NCBI RefSeq assembly: GCF_009914755.1
Contig: NC_060947.1
Reading direction: 5' to 3' (one strand)
DNA: 64,000 nucleotides
Source of the DNA: the human T2T-CHM13v2.0 reference genome, Homo sapiens
Positions within the stretch are counted from its first letter, which is position 1; each line of letters begins with the position of its first letter. Below the pieces are notes generated by a model. That model ran no database searches. It was not told the origin of the DNA and was given only the letters and a program-made list of their open reading frames with translations. A program made the translations under genes and the position numbers. Below, piece after piece: positions 56,931 through 64,000 of the stretch.

Positions 56931-58315
56931 GTCTCCTCTAACGGTGGTAGAGATGCCTGCACGGTTAACATTAATCCTTGGCACCAGAATCCTCAGCACC
57001 TAGGAACCAGATCTTGCCTAACACGCTAATTTCAGTCTTGACCACCTTCCTCCGGCGTAGCGGTTCTCAAACGTCTTTGTCTTTGTACTATTCACGTATA
57101 AAATATTCTTTCATAAGCAACATTTATCCTTTTGGGAGTACCTCACAATGGGGAGAAGGGGAACCCCAACAGCCTTTAAGGGTTCACTGCTTCGCTGCCA
57201 CCATTTCCGACGGTTTACACTGTTTTAAGTGTGAATTTGGAATTGTTTTCAAGTTAAAAAGCAAACTAATCATGTCCTCTGAAAGTATTTGCTTTTGGCA
57301 TGCTAGAAATCAGTGTTGACTTTTGATACTGATGTGATACATTACGAGGGAATTCTCAAAACTGCTGAAATCTGGCCTCGGCCCAGTTATCACTGCTCTT
57401 AAGCTTCTGAGGGAGATACATGAATGAGCCCACGGCAAATGGAAAACGAGGAGTTTTAGTGTTTCCTAGAATTATGCTCAGATACCCACTACCTGACCGT
57501 CTGGTTATCCTTCCCCTCACCTCCCTGACGCAAGGAGTTTGGACCAGAGGCCTAAGGAGGCTTCTCCTGAAGCCCAAATCCCAAACTGGTCACCAGTCAT
57601 GCTCCGTAACTCCTGAACCTGACAAGAAGCCAGCCGGCCAGGTCTGCAGCCCGGGTTAAGAGGAGCATACCAGGAAAGAGCCAAAGAGCAAAGGAGCATG
57701 AGCCCTTCAACCGCTTTTACAATAATTTGGGCTAGGCGTTCAGGGCTCCGTAGGACCCTTCCTGGCAGCCAAGTGAGAGAAAGAGGAATGATGGTGGAAT
57801 GGGCCTCTCCTGTGCTTCCCATTACTTCCACACTGTCGAAATAGAAATAGAAGCAGAAAAGAACACCCTACAAGTCCCACCCATTTGGAGGCACTCAACT
57901 CACAGTGACAACCCTCCACACCTCTCCCCTGCAAAAAGACGCAAAACAAAAACACCTACTCCAAACTGTGTCCTTACATCTCAGCCCCGAAGATCAGGAT
58001 TGTGTGCAACTTCGGCCCAAAGGATGCATTTCCCCAGGGTTGAAAGTTTGAGAAAGAGGCTATATTCTGAAGAGTTCTTGTTGTCACCATCAAAAGGATT
58101 AAAAAGACGCAATAAATAAGAAAACAGCGTAGTTGGGGGGCATGCTCCATTTGAGCCAGAAAGCCTTGGAAACTTAAGTGTTCTCAAACGGAACGCCATC
58201 CTGCTTTGGGGGAACACGGAGGCTGCCTTGCAGTCACGTGATCGCACAACACCAAAGGGCCACGCACTCTGATTTCACCTACTTAACTAAAAGTTGCAGC
58301 AAAATCCCTATTACA

Positions 58316-58601
58316 GGCCAGGCGTGGTGGCTCATGCCTGTAATCCCAGCACTTTGGGAGGCCGAGGAGGGTGGATCATTTGAGGTCAGGAGTTGGAGAC
58401 CAGCTTGGCCAACATGGTGAGACCCCATCTCTATTAAAAATACAAAAATTAGCCCAGCGTGGTGGTGCACGCCTGTAATCCCAGGCACCCTGGAGGTTGA
58501 GGTAGGAGAATCGCTTGAACCCAGGAGGCGGAGGTTGCAGTGAGCCGAGATCACGCCACTGCGCTCCTGCCTGGGCGACAGAGTGAGACTCCATCTCGGG
58601 G

Positions 58602-58642
<41 letters not shown>
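58316..58642 (+). mobile_element. AluS with an uninterrupted ~41-nt poly(A) tail
   Basis: TSD aaaatccctattaca at 58301-58315 and 58639-58653. Confidence 0.95.
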
Positions 58643-58647
<5 letters not shown>

Positions 58648-59532
58648 ATTACAAATAAAAGCTGTTGTGATCCAGACTGCATATACCTCTGCGAATGGAA
58701 CCAGAACCGTGAATTCCAATGCAAATCGATGCATCGGCACCAGACCCGCTGCACTGGATGTATCTGCATTGCAGTCACCCGAGTACGGAGCACATCATAG
58801 ATGATCTCTGCAGGTTCGTTGCCCACATAGGAGGCATAGCGCAAATTTCAAAGGAACGAATACATCCTGGAGCCCAAACAGCTATCTGGTTCTGCTGCTG
58901 GCCTCCTGACAAGTAGGTAAGAGAGTCACATTTTATAGACGACGGACACCAAAACCACACATGAGGAGTACAAGAGTAGCTTTATCATGGATTTAGGGCT
59001 GTGGTTACAAGGAAGCTGTAAGGAATAAAATGACTCCCATGAAGACGTACCGTGCGGACGAGTGGAAGGAGAAATTTGGCCATTACAAAGACACAGGAAT
59101 ATGTTAAGAAGTGAGGGGCAGGATGAAATCATCTAGGGTAGGTATTTAGAGGGAGGGCGCCGTGCAAAATAAAATCCTCACTATGAAACAAAGGCGGAGG
59201 CAGGAGGCTGCGTTAGGTGGAAGCAGCGGAGGAAGGAGACGAAAGGGATTGTCATTTTCATGTCGTGGCTTTTTAGAAGACAGCCATGTCCTCTACTCTG
59301 ATTCTATCAAAATGTGTTCTCGGGGTGCTGGTAACGTTCAGCCAACGAAATAATTCCTATGGCGGCAGTAGGAATAACAAAACGCAGAAGCGGGAACGAT
59401 GTCTTTTTATTCCTCCCCAGACGCAAACGTGGATGCATGAGGTTTGGTAACAGGCAAAGTCATCTGGTTAACGTGACTGATGCAAAAAGTCCAGGCCTGG
59501 GCAAAAAGAAGTCACTGGGTGAATGGGATGGA

Positions 59533-61000
<1,468 letters not shown>

Positions 61001-61480
61001 ACTCGTGACCCTAATTCCATGTCTGCGCATTTCTGGACTGTTGTTCCCCCCCCCCCCCCCCGCCCCGACTACTCAGTCCTCAGTCTTCCGGTCCAGGGCC
61101 CCTTGCCAAGCACCGGGTCCACCTCTCCGTCCCCACCCCGGTTGCCTTAGAAGTCCGTCCTGTCGCAACACTGCAGTCATGGTCTTGAGGCCCACCCGCC
61201 CCAACGAACACCATCATGCTGAGGACTTTCCCGGGCAGGCCCTGACTTGCTCAGAACCAGCGGGGGTGTCCCCTTCCCACCCAGGGCCACTCCCCTGCAC
61301 TGTCACCCGGAGAGACTGCTCCTCTGTGCCATCCCTGGCTCCCACCCAACCCCAGACCCCCACCACCTCTCCATCCCTCCAGCTGTGGAGGTCTCACAAC
61401 CCCCCAACCCATCTCACCGCCCCCCCACCCCCACCCCAAGGCAAAGTGACTGAAGCGGGCAGATGGCTTCCTTGAAACAT

Positions 61481-61486
61481 TTTATT
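61481..61486 (-). terminator. AATAAA polyadenylation signal of H2AB
   Basis: tttatt on +, ~145 nt downstream of the H2AB stop; no histone stem-loop seen. Confidence 0.75.
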
Positions 61487-61628
61487 GACAGAATTAATGA
61501 AGGCCCAAGACTTTGGGGCCTGGGTTGTGGGGGGAGGGTGTTTAAGGCCGGGGGTTCAGGCCGGGGGATTTGGGGCCGGGTGGGTGGACGAGTGGACCTG
61601 TCAGGTCCCAGGGGCCGGGTGTCAGAAG

Positions 61629-61976
61629 CTAGTCCTCGCCAGGGGCCACTTGAGAGATGGTGGTCGTGTTGAAAAGGGTGCTCAGTAGCCTGTCGTTGTG
61701 AACCACCATGTCCAGCAGCAGGGGAGTGATGTTCCGCTCTCCGCTGTTCTGGGCCTCGTTGCCCGCCAGCTCCAGGACCTTGGCCGTCAGGTACTCAATA
61801 ACCGCAGCGAGGTAGACCGGCGCCGTGCGACTCAGGCGCTGAGCGTAGTGGCCCTCCCGTAGACTGCGCTCCACCTGGCTCACTGAAAACGAAAGCTCCG
61901 CTCGGACGGTGCGAGAGCAGGTCCGCCCCCGGCCGCCAGCACCGGAGGACCCTCGGCGTCTCCTCCTCCTCGGCAT
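61629..61976 (-). CDS. H2AB3: Short histone variant H2A.B (H2A.Bbd type 2/3), 115 aa
   Basis: MPRRRRRRGSSGAGGRGRTCSRTVRAELSFSVSQVE...AKVLELAG...VAPGED; the copy assignment is inferred from orientation and the recalled VLE variant. Confidence 0.95.
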   Translation of the reverse strand: MPRRRRRRGSSGAGGRGRTCSRTVRAELSFSVSQVERSLREGHYAQRLSRTAPVYLAAVIEYLTAKVLELAGNEAQNSGERNITPLLLDMVVHNDRLLSTLFNTTTISQVAPGED

Positions 61977-62059
61977 GCTGGGCGTTGAGTGTGCTATCTC
62001 GGCTTGGCCCAGCTAGGCAAGATGGCTCTCAAGAGGACAGTTACCGCGTCCAGTACTGT

Positions 62060-62280
62060 GTATCCTAGCGACCAGGGCCCAGCCCCTCATTGGCTAGGGA
62101 GCCGAGACCAATGGGCACGCACATCCGGCGACGGGCACGCATGTGGTGACGGCCCCTCACAAGGGACACACGTCCGTCAGGTGACCTCATCACTTTCCCA
62201 TTGGCCTCGAGGGAGCAGGCCTGGGCCTAGAAGTGGCTGGAGGGCCGTGGGGGTGGGGTGGGGCGGGGCAGGGGGAATCG
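62060..62280 (-). promoter_or_regulatory. H2AB upstream promoter region with CCAAT boxes (62089-62093, 62108-62112, 62200-62204) and a G-run/GC box (62249-62275)
   Basis: attgg/ccaat motifs and ggggtggggtggggcggggc read directly; function inferred. Confidence 0.55.
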
Positions 62281-62579
62281 CGCTGGTGACCCTCTCTTTG
62301 CCAGTGGGAACTTTCCCTTTCTACTGGATGGGAACACCGTGGGAAAGACAAAGGGGTGGGCGAGGGGAGGACGGGTACCACGCCTTCACAATGTTGCACA
62401 TCCATCACGACCACCTAGTTCCAAAACGTTTTCAACACCCCGAAAAGAAACCGAAACCCCTGTACCTATAAGCAGTCACTTGCCGCACGCCTCCTTCCAC
62501 ACCACCACTACCAGCCCCCACACCCTCCCACACACACCCCCTGCCCCCGCCCATACACACGTTCCCGATAGTCCCTGAC

Positions 62580-64000
62580 AACCCCTAGTCCATCTGCTTT
62601 CTGTCCATAGAGGTTAGCCTGTTCTGGAGATTTCCTATAGATGGAATTATACGACCAAATGTGAGGCCGTGTGTGTCTGGCTGCTTTCACTTAGCGTAAT
62701 GGTTTCATCAGGGTGCATCCATGTAGAGGCATGAATCACTACTTCCTTCCTTTGAATGACTGAGTACGATTCTGTTGTATGAATAGGAGGCCACATTTTG
62801 TTTACCCACTCGTCAGTTGATGGACAGGTTATTTCCCCCTTCTGGCTATTGTGAGTGGCACTGCCATGACCATCTCTCTACAGGTTTTTCTTTGAATATC
62901 TCTTTTCAGTTCTTTTGGGTCTATTTCTAGCAGTCAAACTGCTGGCTCGTGTGGTAATTCTGTTTAACTTATTGAGGAACCACCAAACTGATTTCCACAG
63001 CAGCTGTAATCTTTCGCATTCCCAACAGTAGTGCATGAGAGTCCCAATTTCTTCACAGCCTCATCAAAACCTGTTTTCTGTTTGCCTCATTTTGTTTTGT
63101 TTACAGTAGCCATCCTACTGGGTGTCAAGTGCTATCTCATGGTGGTTTTCATTCGTATTTCCCAAATGGCTAATGATGTTGCTGTGGTTTGAGTGCATCC
63201 CCCAAATTGTGTGTCTTGGAAACTTAATCCCCAAATTCACATGTTGATTGGAGGCGCAGCCTCTGAGACGGTAATTAGGATTAGATAAGGTCATCGGGGT
63301 GAGACCCCCAGGATGCGACTGGTGGCTTTATAAGAATAGGAAGAGAGGCCTGAAACGACATACACGCTCTTGCCCTCTCGCCGTGTGATACCCTCTGCCG
63401 TCCCCAGATGCCGGGTCACTTCCCAGTCCCCAGAACGGTAAGAAATAAATTTCTTTTCTTTATAAATTGTTCAGTGTCGGGTATTCAATTATGGCAACAG
63501 AAAACAGACTAAGACATCTTTTCATGTGCTTCTTGGCCCTCTGTACCTCTGCTTTGGAGGAATGTCTATTCAAGCCCTTTGCCCATTTTTTAATTCGGTT
63601 GATTGTATTTTGGCTGTGGGCTTCTAAAACTTATTCATATATTCTGGAAAATAGACTCTTATCAGATATGTGACTTGCAAATGTTTCTCCCATTCACTTT
63701 CTGGATAGAGCCCTTTGTTGCCCAAAAGATTTACATTTGGATGTAGTCCAACTTGCCAAATGAAAAGATATCTGTGGCTTTGCCTTTGGTGTCATACTGA
63801 AGGAGCTGTTGCCTAATCCAAGGTCGTGCAAAGTTACATCTCCGTTTTCTTCTTAGAGTTTTATAGTTTCAGCCCTTACATTTAGATCTGTGATCCATTT
63901 TGAATTAATTCTTTACATGATGTGAGGTAGGGGTCCAGGGGCCTTCTTTTGCATGTGGCTATCCAGTTGTCCCAGCGCAGTTTGTTGAGGGGATTATTCT
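62580..64000 (-). mobile_element. Old L1 (L1MB/ME-type) 3' region on the minus strand, interrupted by an MLT1A/MST-type LTR (~63177-63515, +)
   Basis: Reverse L1 3'UTR/ORF2 motifs; the LTR ends ggcaacagaaaacagactaagaca. Confidence 0.8.

Overview
This is primate (very probably human) distal Xq28 DNA, not microbial. The last ~7 kb is an int22h repeat copy. It carries intronless F8A/HAP40 (59533-60648, -), the antisense MIR1184 hairpin, an F8B-type first exon (MRIQDPGK + GT donor) and histone H2A.B (61629-61976, -). The absence of F8 exons and the gene orientation fit int22h-3 (F8A3/H2AB3) with the inter-copy spacer; int22h-2 read in reverse cannot be excluded. The first ~56.7 kb is mostly L1, THE1/MLT LTR, Alu and DNA-transposon remnants. 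The main non-obvious signal is a decayed, intron-containing minus-strand pseudogene of an EVA1C-like (double SUEL lectin domain) gene hidden in the unique islands between repeats. Five phase-compatible exons were reconstructed by hand (35811-35704 + 31882-31775, 30492-30369, 23721-23570, 21574-21431, 17666-17595). One exon is split by a twin-primed L1, and a full-length L1PA antisense promoter/ORF0 points directly at the next exon. Repeat subfamilies and homologies were judged from recalled consensus sequences; no search was run.
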